A DNA stretch of 64,000 nucleotides from Candidatus Wirthbacteria bacterium (GCA_903889905.1 CAISZI010000046.1:64853-128852), one strand, 5' to 3'; shown: positions 1 to 10,004, counted from the stretch's first letter. The notes: generated by a model not told the origin, from the letters alone. Numbers and translations: made by a program.

Positions 1-246
1 GTATTTGAAACAGCCATAAACCAGGCGATCAGCGGACAACCCAATCTCCGCTACCATCTCCATGTCGCACAGGAAAACGGATTCCTGACGGCGGCCAAAG
101 TGATGCAGCAGACGGGTCAAGTCGAACGGGACACTTTGGTGATGCTGTGTGGCCCCTTACCCATGATGGAAGCGTTCAAAAAACAATTTATGGCGCTGGG
201 ATGCAAAAGTCGACAAATTATTTATGAAGACTTCAGCCTGCTATGA
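1..246 (+). CDS. C-terminal part of ferric reductase-like/FNR oxidoreductase (truncated by window edge)
   Basis: Frame 1 reads ...PNLRYHLHVAQENGFLTA...MLCGPLPMMEAFKKQ...IIYEDFSLL*, a clear paralog of the C-terminus of 1360..2634; ATGA overlap with the next gene. Confidence 0.9.
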   Translation, partial: VFETAINQAISGQPNLRYHLHVAQENGFLTAAKVMQQTGQVERDTLVMLCGPLPMMEAFKKQFMALGCKSRQIIYEDFSLL

Positions 247-821
247 AAAAAACTCTCCGCACCATGGTCGCACTCGCAATTTTTTCACTCTTTTTCTGCT
301 TTGCTGCGGTTCAGGCCGGCACACTTTTGCCGGTGAAAAGCAGCAATCCAGCTTCAACGGATGCCACCACCTGGTCCAATCCCACCACTGCCAGCGACCA
401 AGCGGCTTCGCCTCCAGCAACATCCACCCCAGCAGCACCGGTGACACCAACCCCGCCTCCAGCGACAGCCGTTTCCCCACCGCCCGTCACCAAAACCCAA
501 CCGACAAACACCACCAAAACCACGACGACACCCAAACCGGCGACCAAGACGCCCACTCCCACGCCAAAACCCACTCCCACTCCAACACCTGCGCCAACGC
601 CCGCTCCTGCACCAACGCCCACACCGGCACCAGCGCCGACACCACCCCCACCAGTTAGCAATCGCTGCATTGTCACCGTGAATGGTTCGCAATATGATGT
701 AACCAATTTACGCCGAACCCACTCCGGTGGTGATATATTTACGTGTGGAACGGATATGACTTCGACTTTTATGTCCATGCATGGCACCAACTGGGGCCTG
801 ATCGCCCGCTACAAAGTCTAA
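243..821 (+). CDS. Exported/membrane-anchored cytochrome b5-like heme protein with Pro/Thr-rich stalk
   Basis: N-terminal hydrophobic signal, ~100 aa PT-rich linker, C-terminal CIVTVNGSQYDVT..HSGG..CGTDMT..F..MHG cytochrome b5 motif. Confidence 0.85.
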   Translation: MKKTLRTMVALAIFSLFFCFAAVQAGTLLPVKSSNPASTDATTWSNPTTASDQAASPPATSTPAAPVTPTPPPATAVSPPPVTKTQPTNTTKTTTTPKPATKTPTPTPKPTPTPTPAPTPAPAPTPTPAPAPTPPPPVSNRCIVTVNGSQYDVTNLRRTHSGGDIFTCGTDMTSTFMSMHGTNWGLIARYKV

Positions 822-846
822 TTTACACTACCCTCAGGTCATCAAT

Positions 847-1338
847 ATGCCACCCACTCTCAACCTCAACCTCAACACCAAAGCCAAAACTGGACTGACC
901 GTTTTCATAGTGCTTGCTGTGCTCCTGATCGCCGCGCTGAGTATTTACGTTGACTTGCGGCATCGTGCCCGCAACCGCTCGGCTGCCACAGCCACAGCCA
1001 CAACCTCGACACCCCCCACCAGTAACAAGACATTCAAAGCCATCGACCTGCTTGCCTTTAATGGCACAGACCCGGCCAAACCCATCTACATCGGCTACGA
1101 GGGTAAAGTCTACGACGTGACTGCCGGCAAAGATTTTTATGCGACAGGCGGGGATTATCACTGGCTGGCTGGCAAAGACGCCACCGATGCTTTACACTTG
1201 TTTGGCGGCGACATTATCAAAAATAAATATCCCCCCGTGGGAACAATTATTCCAGACCCGAGCGGCCAGACCAATACAGCGCAGGTTCCGGAGTCGTTGA
1301 CGTTGCTCCTGCAGCAGCAGGGCGCACCCGCCAAATAA
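847..1338 (+). CDS. Membrane-anchored cytochrome b5-like heme/steroid-binding protein (MAPR/PGRMC-like)
   Basis: N-terminal TM helix; L..FNG.D...PIYIG..GKVYDVT.G..FY..GG.Y..LAGKDAT motif. Confidence 0.85.
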   Translation: MPPTLNLNLNTKAKTGLTVFIVLAVLLIAALSIYVDLRHRARNRSAATATATTSTPPTSNKTFKAIDLLAFNGTDPAKPIYIGYEGKVYDVTAGKDFYATGGDYHWLAGKDATDALHLFGGDIIKNKYPPVGTIIPDPSGQTNTAQVPESLTLLLQQQGAPAK

Positions 1339-1359
1339 TTTTAATAAGGATAAATCAGG

Positions 1360-2634
1360 ATGGGCAATCTGGTTGTTGTTGGCATGACGGTGATCACCGG
1401 GTTTCTCTGGCTGCTGACCAAGACCGGTTATTTTGCCATTGGAGCCGATCCACTGCGTGCCTTGAGCCAGATTCTGGCGCTCGTCGGGGCCACTCTGCTC
1501 GCCATCAATTTCATCCTTGCGGCTCGACTCAAAGTCGTCGAAGACCTGTTTAAAGGGCTCGATAAAGTTTATCACGCTCATCACTGGACAGGTGCGCTGG
1601 CTACGGTATTCCTGATCAACCACCCGATCTGGCTTGTCATCAATGCCATTCCGCAGTATCAGCTGGCCAAACTTTACCTGCTGCCCAGCGATTCCAAAGC
1701 CTACACCTTGGGCATTCTGGCGCTTTACAGCATGCTGCTTTTAATCCTGATCACCCTCTATGCCAAAATCAAATACGACACCTGGCTCAAAACGCACAAA
1801 CTCATGGGTTTCCCGCTGCTGCTGGCCAGTTTGCACATGCTGCTTATTACCAGCGACATTTCCCGCTCGCCTGCGCTGCGACTCTGGCTGTTTGCCCTCA
1901 CCGGCTGTGCGCTGGCGGCCTATTTTTACAAAGCGTTCCTCTACAAATCCTATGGCCCCCAGGGCCTCTACCGCGTTGCCAATGTCCAAAGCCAGGGTCC
2001 GTATACCTTGCTTAAACTCCGGCCCGTGGGTGAACGAATGAAATTTCGTGCTGGCCAGTTTGCCTTTCTTTCCACCGGCAACCAGACCATAGGCACAGAG
2101 CCGCATCCGTACTCCTTTGCCAGCAACCCCGGCGACAATATTGTGCAGTTTGCGATCAAAAATCTGGGTGACTACACCAAAAACATGCGCAAGTCCCAGG
2201 CCGGCGACGAAATCACACTGCAAGGGCCTTATGGCCGCTTTGGGGATGCTTTTTTAAACAGTGACCGCAATGCCATCTGGATCGGGGGTGGGGTTGGCAT
2301 TACGCCGTTTTTGAGCCTGATGCACAAAATCAAACCCAAACAACAAGTGGAATGGTTCTACAGTGTCAACAAGCCTGAAGAAGCCCTGTTTGAAAAAATC
2401 ATCCAGGAAGCTCTGCAGGACAAGCCCAACCTGCGCTACCGCCTGCATGTGGCCCAGAAAGACGGTTATCTGACGGCACACAAAATCCGGGAAAAACTTG
2501 GCGGGACCATCGATGTCGCTGCTATGATCATGCTGTGCGGGCCGCCTGCCATGATGGCAGCGATGAAGGCACAACTGCTGGAAATCGGCATCGCACCATC
2601 CAATATCATTTATGAGGATTTTAGCCTGAGATGA
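1360..2634 (+). CDS. Ferric reductase-like transmembrane domain fused to FAD/NAD(P)-binding FNR domain
   Basis: About 6 TM helices with His residues (YHAHHW, INH, THK, SLH), then GQFAF, HPYS, GPYG, GGGVGITPF, LCGP and terminal EDF motifs. Confidence 0.9.
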   Translation: MGNLVVVGMTVITGFLWLLTKTGYFAIGADPLRALSQILALVGATLLAINFILAARLKVVEDLFKGLDKVYHAHHWTGALATVFLINHPIWLVINAIPQYQLAKLYLLPSDSKAYTLGILALYSMLLLILITLYAKIKYDTWLKTHKLMGFPLLLASLHMLLITSDISRSPALRLWLFALTGCALAAYFYKAFLYKSYGPQGLYRVANVQSQGPYTLLKLRPVGERMKFRAGQFAFLSTGNQTIGTEPHPYSFASNPGDNIVQFAIKNLGDYTKNMRKSQAGDEITLQGPYGRFGDAFLNSDRNAIWIGGGVGITPFLSLMHKIKPKQQVEWFYSVNKPEEALFEKIIQEALQDKPNLRYRLHVAQKDGYLTAHKIREKLGGTIDVAAMIMLCGPPAMMAAMKAQLLEIGIAPSNIIYEDFSLR

Positions 2635-3011
2635 AAAAAACAACGAAACTCCTGGTTTTTCTGTCCACCTGGGCCCTGGTCATCAGCTTTGTTGTCGTTG
2701 CCATCGGGATCAACTCCAGCAATTCTGCCAATACTCCCACAGCAGTCACGTCAACCAACTCGTCTGCTGCGACGACGACAAATACTCCCAGCGCCAATAC
2801 AAATTCCAGCTCAACCTCCACGACAGCCAACACCACGCAGACCAACAGCAATCGCTGCGTTGTCACCGTCAATGGTTCCCAATACGACGTCACACAACTG
2901 CAGTATACCCACTCCGGCGGCAATGTCTTTAGCTGTGGCACGGATATGACCGCGACCTTTGAATCCATGCATGGTACGCGTTGGAGCAAAATTGCCCGTT
3001 ATAAAATCTAA
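2631..3011 (+). CDS. Membrane-anchored cytochrome b5-like heme protein with Ser/Thr/Asn-rich stalk (paralog of 243..821)
   Basis: SNRCVVTVNGSQYDVT...HSGG..CGTDMT..F.SMHG..W..IARYK nearly identical to the C-terminal domain of 243..821. Confidence 0.85.
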   Translation: MKKTTKLLVFLSTWALVISFVVVAIGINSSNSANTPTAVTSTNSSAATTTNTPSANTNSSSTSTTANTTQTNSNRCVVTVNGSQYDVTQLQYTHSGGNVFSCGTDMTATFESMHGTRWSKIARYKI

Positions 3012-3088
3012 CCAGCGAAAACATACAAAGGTGGAAGTTGCTTAGAGGCAGTGGGTGTTAACTTTATCACTTTATCACTAAGTTTCCG

Positions 3089-3763
3089 ATGCGCATTCTG
3101 ATTGTTGAGGACGAAGAACGTATTGCCACGAATCTCCAGAAAATGCTGCAAAAACAAGCGTTTGCCGTTGATCTGGCTGCGACGGTGGCCATTGCCAAGC
3201 AAAAAATCAACACGGATTCTTATGACCTGGCCATTATTGACTGGATGTTACCAGATGGAACCGGAATCGACGTAATTACGGCCATCCGCACACTGGCGAC
3301 ATCAACGCTGATCCTGATGGTCACAGCCCGCAGCCAGGTGGAGGACAAAGTCGAAGGACTGGAAAACGGGGCCGACGATTACCTCACCAAACCATTTGCG
3401 ATGACGGAACTGATTGCCCGGGTCAAAGCACTGCTGCGGCGACTGCCCCATGCTCCGCAAGCACCCATTCTAAAAATCGCTGACCTGGAAATCAATACCA
3501 ACACACATAGCGTCATCCGCGCCGGCAAAACCATTACCCTGTCACCGCGGGAGTACGGTTTGCTGGAATATTTGGCCAAACATGTTGGCGTCGCCCAGGA
3601 ACGCCTTGATCTCCTGACCCATGTCTGGGATGAAAATGCTGACCCCTTTTCCAACACGGTGGATGTTCACATCCGTTATTTGCGCCACAAACTTGACGAT
3701 CCCTTTCGCGTTAAACTGATCAAGACCGTCAAAGGCAAAGGATACATGATATGTCCAGACTAA
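3089..3763 (+). CDS. OmpR-family response regulator
   Basis: ILIVEDE, D.MLP, GADDYLTKPF, winged-helix VDVHIRYLR..I.TV.G.GY. Confidence 0.95.
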   Translation: MRILIVEDEERIATNLQKMLQKQAFAVDLAATVAIAKQKINTDSYDLAIIDWMLPDGTGIDVITAIRTLATSTLILMVTARSQVEDKVEGLENGADDYLTKPFAMTELIARVKALLRRLPHAPQAPILKIADLEINTNTHSVIRAGKTITLSPREYGLLEYLAKHVGVAQERLDLLTHVWDENADPFSNTVDVHIRYLRHKLDDPFRVKLIKTVKGKGYMICPD

Positions 3764-5232
3764 AGGCACGCCACAAACTGACCTTGCAACTGGCTGTCAC
3801 GACTTTTGTGTTGATGGCCGCGATGGGCGCCTTATTCACGCTGGTGGCGTATCTGCATGCCACCCAAGCCTATCGCGATTCACTCAAAACCGAAGCCGAT
3901 GACATTGCTGAAGATTACCTCGGCAGTGACGGCAGCCGCATTATTTATCAGGACAAATCTGGCAACCAGACCACGCTCACCAACCATCTGCGCGAGAGCA
4001 ACAGTTCCGCTCTGGTGTTTAATATTAACCATCAGCTGCTGGGCGCTTTTGGCGCTTTTGAGACGGCTATCGAGAACAACCAGCTACCCATCGAGACGGA
4101 TACCAATGCCGTTTCCCTGACCTCACTCAACACGATTTTGGAGCGGGTCATCGCCACCGGCAAATACGAATTCAACAGCCACCTTTATGCCGGCCTGCAT
4201 GAACTGGTCGTGCTCTCCTATCCCATCCAGGCAAGTGGCAAAACCATTGGTGTGCTGCAACTTGGCAAATCATCAACCTTGCTTTCGCAAACACTGGTCA
4301 CGGAGTTGCTGATTTTGCTCTCAGCCCTGCCCTTGGCGCTTTTGCTGAGTGTGCTGGTGGCAGCCTGGCTGAGCCGTTCTGCCTTTGGTCCAATTCATCA
4401 GATGCGGCAGTCGATCAACCAGATCTCCAGTCTAAAAGTTAACAAACACCTGACCCCAAGTGGGCATGAGGATGACGATCTCACACAACTGGCACTGGCC
4501 TTTAATGCCATGATGGACCGATTAAAGCAAAGCAGTGCCAGACAAAAAGACTTTGTCGGTAATGCTTCACATGAACTCAAAACGCCACTGACCAAAGCCA
4601 TCTCCACGCTTGATTTGGCACTCAGCGAAACGCATCATCCCGAGCTGGAACTCGTCAAATCAGACCTGCTGGACATGAACCACCTGATCGAAGCACTCCT
4701 GTTCCTGGCCCACGCCGACGACCTGTCCCTGCAACAACAAAACGGTCCAACCGACCTCAGCAGTGCAATCGATAAAATTCTCCAACGCCTCGCACCAGAC
4801 ATCGAACCCAAACACCTGCAAATCATCACCACGAACATACCCCAGGTCAACATGGCCATGGGCAAGGTGCATCTTGACCTGCTCCTAAGCAATCTGCTTT
4901 CCAATGCCGTCAAATACAGCCTGGCACAAACCGCCATCACTGTCACGGCGATTGTCTCCGCAAACAAACTGCAACTTTCGGTCCAGGACCACGGCATCGG
5001 CATGGACAAAACCACGCTGGATCATGTTTTTGAGCGTTTTTATCGGGCTCCCAAAGCCAAACAGCAATCGGTAGGAAGTGGCCTGGGACTTTCTATTGTC
5101 CAGGCGATTGCCACCGTTTACGGCCTGACACTTCAGGTCGAGTCCACACTTGATCTTGGCACAACCATTACCGTCATGCATATTCCGCTGGCACCAGTTA
5201 CAGCACCCCAGAAAAGCACCCGTTCCACCTGA
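3751..5232 (+). CDS. Sensor histidine kinase (HAMP, HisKA, HATPase)
   Basis: Two TM segments, ASHELKTPL H-box, NLLSNAVKY, D.GIG, F.RFYR, GSGLGL. Confidence 0.95.
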   Translation: MSRLKARHKLTLQLAVTTFVLMAAMGALFTLVAYLHATQAYRDSLKTEADDIAEDYLGSDGSRIIYQDKSGNQTTLTNHLRESNSSALVFNINHQLLGAFGAFETAIENNQLPIETDTNAVSLTSLNTILERVIATGKYEFNSHLYAGLHELVVLSYPIQASGKTIGVLQLGKSSTLLSQTLVTELLILLSALPLALLLSVLVAAWLSRSAFGPIHQMRQSINQISSLKVNKHLTPSGHEDDDLTQLALAFNAMMDRLKQSSARQKDFVGNASHELKTPLTKAISTLDLALSETHHPELELVKSDLLDMNHLIEALLFLAHADDLSLQQQNGPTDLSSAIDKILQRLAPDIEPKHLQIITTNIPQVNMAMGKVHLDLLLSNLLSNAVKYSLAQTAITVTAIVSANKLQLSVQDHGIGMDKTTLDHVFERFYRAPKAKQQSVGSGLGLSIVQAIATVYGLTLQVESTLDLGTTITVMHIPLAPVTAPQKSTRST

Positions 5233-5288
5233 TTGTCGCGCGTCACAAATACCGTTATAGTTGGCAGGATTTACTTATCCAGGAAGCC

Positions 5289-7151
5289 ATGACCAACAGA
5301 ATTCGCCTCATCATCGCCCTGCTTATCGCCGTCATTCTGGCACTGGTGCCGCTCGTGTATTCCTCGAGTGTCTATCTCGTCTTTGATTTGCCCAAGCTGG
5401 TACTCCTGCAGGCCGGGGTAGAAATTGCGCTGGGCTTGTTTGTTTTTGTGCTGCTTGCTGAGTGGCTGCAGAACAAACCCTGGCAAAAGCCATGGCGTGC
5501 GCTTATCCCGCAAAGGATCGATCTGCTGTGGGTGACGCTGGCCTTTTTTGTGCTTTCCAATGTCTTGGCCGCACTGCTCGCTGCATCGCCGCACCAGGCC
5601 TGGTGGGGAACGTATTACCGCCGGCAGGGTTTATTTTTATTGCTCCACGACGTAGCGCTCATGAGCGTGGCACTAAATTTGGCACGCGACAAAAAGTTGC
5701 TCAAAATCATGCTCGGTGGTGTACTCGCGAGCGCCCTGGGTGTGGTTTTTTATGTTATTCTGGAAATCTTGAACATCCCTGATTACAGCCACTGGAAGTC
5801 CGCCGGTGCTTACGCTGGCAGACTGGTGAGCACGTTTGGCCAACCGGATTTCATGGCGGGCTACCTCGGCATGATCGTACCGCTTATGGCCGGCATCATC
5901 TGGAAAGGCAAGAGCTGGATCAACCTGGTGATCCTGCCTGCTTTAATTTTAACGCTGTATTCCATTTTTGGCAGCCAGTCGCGCGGCGCCTGGTTTTCAC
6001 TGCTGGCCGTGATTCTGATTGCCGGCATGGGTATCGCGCTCACCCGTCGCCAACTCTGGCAAAAAACAACGCTGCTGCTGACGATTGTTGTGCTGACGCT
6101 GGGCGGACTGTTGGGTTTTTATGAAATGTCCAAACGCAACGGCACTGCTTTCCGTGTTGAGGAACTGCTCAGCCCGGCGCGCTGGCAGATGATCGAGCGC
6201 TACCAGATCTGGGACCGCGCCATCGCACTCGTTGCCAACCGTCCGTGGTGGGGCTATGGCCAGGATAATTTTGAACTGGTTTTTCCCTCTATTTTGCGAG
6301 CATCGGATCAACATTTACAAACCGTCTACGTCGACCGCGCCCACAATCTGTTGCTGGACATGCTCGTTTCCAGTGGAGCATGGGGTACGCTGGCGTGGCT
6401 GCTGGTGGTGGGCATGGTGATGGCAACAACCATCAAAACCTGGCGCCGCAAACTATTAAGTGACCAAAACAAAATGCTGGTTGTCGCACTCGGTCTTGGC
6501 ATCTTGTTCTATATCTTTCAAGGCATGGTCAACCTCAACGCCATTGGTCTGGATGCGCTGTTCTGGGTGATGCTGGCACTGCTGGTGGGCATTTGCCATG
6601 CACCAGACGCTATGTTTAATACAACACCAATCGTTGCAGCCACGCCGACCAAACACATTGGCAAAAAGTCGTCCAAGCTAGTCAGGCCTCAACCTCAAAA
6701 AACACTGCCTCCCTGGGCGTTCGCCTTGCTTGCTTTGCTGATCGCCGTGCCGGCCGGTGCTGGCCTCATTCTCAACCTGCACCTTTACCAGGCTGACGCA
6801 GCCTACAAGAACGGACTGCGGGATGAACTTTCGGACAAAGCTGCGGCCGTGGCCGATTATCAGCAAGCCATCGCCCTCCATGCAGAGCAGCCGCTTTACC
6901 GCATCAAACTCGTCGACAACGCGCTGCAGCTTGGCTACAACGCAACCACCGCTGCCGACAAACAGCTTTGGTACCAGGCCGCATACCAAAGCCTCCAGGC
7001 AGGACTCGCCGCCGGTACTGCGCAAGCGGATTTTGATTATCGTTTGGGCGAAACTTATCAGTTTGGCCAGACGCTGGTTGCGGCGGACTGGCAAGCCAAA
7101 GCCAACCAATATTTGCAACAGGCGCACCAGGAAGCACCGTTCAAGTACTGA
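5289..7151 (+). CDS. O-antigen ligase/O-oligosaccharyltransferase family membrane protein with TPR-like C-terminus
   Basis: Multi-TM; STFGQPDF.AGYL, SRGAW, R..IW..A, P..GYG..NF and DRAHN..LD motifs of Wzy_C-family proteins. Confidence 0.85.
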   Translation: MTNRIRLIIALLIAVILALVPLVYSSSVYLVFDLPKLVLLQAGVEIALGLFVFVLLAEWLQNKPWQKPWRALIPQRIDLLWVTLAFFVLSNVLAALLAASPHQAWWGTYYRRQGLFLLLHDVALMSVALNLARDKKLLKIMLGGVLASALGVVFYVILEILNIPDYSHWKSAGAYAGRLVSTFGQPDFMAGYLGMIVPLMAGIIWKGKSWINLVILPALILTLYSIFGSQSRGAWFSLLAVILIAGMGIALTRRQLWQKTTLLLTIVVLTLGGLLGFYEMSKRNGTAFRVEELLSPARWQMIERYQIWDRAIALVANRPWWGYGQDNFELVFPSILRASDQHLQTVYVDRAHNLLLDMLVSSGAWGTLAWLLVVGMVMATTIKTWRRKLLSDQNKMLVVALGLGILFYIFQGMVNLNAIGLDALFWVMLALLVGICHAPDAMFNTTPIVAATPTKHIGKKSSKLVRPQPQKTLPPWAFALLALLIAVPAGAGLILNLHLYQADAAYKNGLRDELSDKAAAVADYQQAIALHAEQPLYRIKLVDNALQLGYNATTAADKQLWYQAAYQSLQAGLAAGTAQADFDYRLGETYQFGQTLVAADWQAKANQYLQQAHQEAPFKY

Positions 7152-7171
7152 AATTGAAGTAAACCACTTGC

Positions 7172-9163
7172 TTACTGTATGTCCTTATCACCAAACAGTA
7201 TTGCCAGCAAAGGACTCGCACGTTGTTCCTTTTGCAAATACATCCGCAAACTGTCCATGTCGTAGCGGCCATAAAAAATCTTTAGATTCTCAACAATGTC
7301 AGAATGCTTCCGGAGATAGTCAAAATCAACCCCAAGACTGCTGGGGGCCCGGGATCGGTACCAATCAGACCCATAATCTCGATCATGGGATGTTGCAACG
7401 AGTGCTTCACAGTACTTCATGATCGGTCCGAGATAATCTTTTTCCGCCGTCGCAGATTTCAGTTTTGGCTTTCCCATAAAATCCCACCAGCTACCTTCTG
7501 CTTCATCCGGTTCATTGCCATGGGCGTATTTACGGGCCAGCTTGGCCATCTCCAATTTCAGTTGTAATTGTTTTTTGACTTCGCCATCCGGAAGTAAATT
7601 GACATAAGGGGCTTCGCATATACTCTCAATATGACCGATTGACATAGATTCGTTATGGATAACCGGGAACCAGGCATTGATATGTTCGACACAAACCTGT
7701 TCCCAGACCTTTTTCCGATCACTGGCTTCGCCTTCAGCCATTCCCATGTAATTTCCAGCCAAATGGGCAAACGCCGTCTGCGCAATTTCCTGGACTTGAA
7801 AAAAATCGATGCGCTGCTGGGCGTGGAACCAGTCGCGCATATCATCCAGCGCCTGTCTGGCCTGGACCAGTTCATCCTGGTTGCGACAGCCCAGTTTCAT
7901 TTTTAGCCATTTATCCTCAGCTTCCTGCAATGTCACCCAGCCATGCTCATCATTGTAATGCGCTTTTCTGACCAGGTCCCCAATCTCGGCATTAATCCGA
8001 GGTAAGGGTTTTTCCTCCTGCCGGGCAGTGCGTGAATCCAGCCACTTGATTGTATTCAACCGATCCAGTTCAACAGCAGCGGCTTTGGTTTTGCGCAGCT
8101 CATGCTTGGCATCCTTGGCAAAATGTTCTGCCATCATTTTTGCAATCTGCCGCTTGCCACTTTCTTCGGACATCTTTCTCAATTCATCACGTTTTTGCAA
8201 AACTTCCCGCATTACTTCCAGCGCAATTTGGTAATTGTAACAAACATCCTCGGCCACCGATTCCGGCCCTACAAATGCAGCGGTCATGCCAAAGGACAAA
8301 TGTGCTTGCATTTCAACAATTCCCGTCCCCAAGCGGAGGTTGTTAAGAGCAGAAACGAGAAAATCATCCAGCTGACCTGGCAGCGGAACATGAAACATCT
8401 GCTTTTCGTGCGTCAGCTCATGCATGAGCACATCAAACCCTGTCTGATCCGTAACCTGACGATCTCCTCCAATTGCGTCAGCTGCAGGAACCTGAAAAGG
8501 TTTTGGGATCTCGGCTGTGAATAATCTTTTCAACCGTTCGGTCAAGTCCGGGAATTCACCTAAAATGCGCTGCTGGTGAGCAATGTTTATTCCAATAGCG
8601 CCTTCTCTGGCGTTCAGGAGAAAATCATAAGCATCATGGATTTCTCCCTGTCGGGTATATTTCACCCCCTTGCCAAGACTTTGTTCTTTGAGATCAGGAT
8701 CCAGCGGATCAAAGCCGAATTCCGTGCGTAACTGATACCAGTCCGGACAGTGTTCGCGCACGCTGGCACGGATTTCTTCCATGACTTTGGCTTCGTCTTT
8801 GACCAGTGGTTTCTCAAAACCGTGTAAAAGACTGTGGTCCGGGACATAGCCTTCGTGATGCACGATACACTGTTTGATGTCGTCCAGCTGGTCGGTAGTA
8901 AAGCGTTTCACCTGCCTGATCACCAGTTCCCGTTCACGCATCTCAAGCACGTCCAGTTTGGCCAGATCCAGCAAGCGCTCAAAAAAAGGATTAACCTGCT
9001 TGGGATCTGGCTGCTCAGATTCGATCTTGGCTTCGGCCTTGGTTTCCGGACCAAGTTCCGGCAGGGGATGTGCATCCATCTCACCAAGCATAGGCTGAAC
9101 GATCGCTTCAACCATCACTTCATCAAGATTTGGCATGAGTTTAAATCCAAATAGATTGGGCAA
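7172..9163 (-). CDS. Large hypothetical protein with HExxH motif (possible zinc metallopeptidase)
   Basis: 663-aa open frame; LMHELTHE followed ~25 aa later by VEMQAH. Confidence 0.6.
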   Translation of the reverse strand: MPNLFGFKLMPNLDEVMVEAIVQPMLGEMDAHPLPELGPETKAEAKIESEQPDPKQVNPFFERLLDLAKLDVLEMRERELVIRQVKRFTTDQLDDIKQCIVHHEGYVPDHSLLHGFEKPLVKDEAKVMEEIRASVREHCPDWYQLRTEFGFDPLDPDLKEQSLGKGVKYTRQGEIHDAYDFLLNAREGAIGINIAHQQRILGEFPDLTERLKRLFTAEIPKPFQVPAADAIGGDRQVTDQTGFDVLMHELTHEKQMFHVPLPGQLDDFLVSALNNLRLGTGIVEMQAHLSFGMTAAFVGPESVAEDVCYNYQIALEVMREVLQKRDELRKMSEESGKRQIAKMMAEHFAKDAKHELRKTKAAAVELDRLNTIKWLDSRTARQEEKPLPRINAEIGDLVRKAHYNDEHGWVTLQEAEDKWLKMKLGCRNQDELVQARQALDDMRDWFHAQQRIDFFQVQEIAQTAFAHLAGNYMGMAEGEASDRKKVWEQVCVEHINAWFPVIHNESMSIGHIESICEAPYVNLLPDGEVKKQLQLKLEMAKLARKYAHGNEPDEAEGSWWDFMGKPKLKSATAEKDYLGPIMKYCEALVATSHDRDYGSDWYRSRAPSSLGVDFDYLRKHSDIVENLKIFYGRYDMDSLRMYLQKEQRASPLLAILFGDKDIQ

Positions 9164-9215
9164 ATCTATTTATTATACCCTAATTTCCACCAAATCTCAT
9201 GTTTGGTATGCCACG

Positions 9216-10004
9216 CTATACCTTAAGCTCCCGCACCAGTGCCTCAATTCCCTCAAGTTTTTTCCCCTCCGGCAAAGTGTCATACCGATCCAGCATGGCA
9301 CTGCCCACAATCGCCACTTCGGCCAGGGGAGCAATCTGCTCAACCTGCGACCGTTTCTTGATGCCAAACCCAACCGCCAGTGGCAACTGCAAGGTCAACT
9401 TTGTCCGCTCCAGATACGTCACCAATTCCGGATCCAGTGTTTCGCGTGCGCCGGTCACCCCATAAGTTGCAAAACAGTACACAAACCCACGGGCAAACTT
9501 GGCAATCTGCTCCAGTCGCGCTGACGTTGTGGCTGGTGACACAAAGCAGACATTGAGCAAACCGAAACGCTCGGCCGTGGCAAACAACTTTTCCGTCTCT
9601 TCCTCCTGAATCGGCATATCGGGAATCAATAAACCGCTGACACCCGTGGCCGCGGCCTCCGCACAAAACGCTTCCACGCCATAACTGTGCACCAGGTTGA
9701 AATAGCTCATCAGCAGCAGCGGTATCGCAACCGTTTCCCGCAATCTGCGCACCAACGCAAAAGCATCCGCCACTTTGGTCCCGCCAGAGAGCGATAAATC
9801 ATTAGCACGCATCATTGTCGGGCCATCCGCCACCGGATCGGAAAACGGCAGCTGCAGCTCGACAAAATCCGCCCCCGCCCGCGCCATGGCCTGCACAACA
9901 CTGACGTTTGCCTCGAGGCTTGGATAGCCGACAACGACATGGGTCATCAAGCCGGTACATTCGTTGTGTTGCAAGTCATTAAGTTTTTCAATTATCGCAT
10001 TCAT
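9216..10004 (-). CDS. trpA: Tryptophan synthase alpha subunit
   Basis: ELQLPFSDPVADGPT, GVTG, VGFGI, IVGSA motifs; ATG at 10004 overlaps the upstream TGA. Confidence 0.97.
   Translation of the reverse strand: MNAIIEKLNDLQHNECTGLMTHVVVGYPSLEANVSVVQAMARAGADFVELQLPFSDPVADGPTMMRANDLSLSGGTKVADAFALVRRLRETVAIPLLLMSYFNLVHSYGVEAFCAEAAATGVSGLLIPDMPIQEEETEKLFATAERFGLLNVCFVSPATTSARLEQIAKFARGFVYCFATYGVTGARETLDPELVTYLERTKLTLQLPLAVGFGIKKRSQVEQIAPLAEVAIVGSAMLDRYDTLPEGKKLEGIEALVRELKV

Noticed and set aside
520-652. CCNACN-type tandem repeat
   Set aside because: Simply encodes the Pro/Thr linker; the antisense Gly/Val ORFs are shadows.
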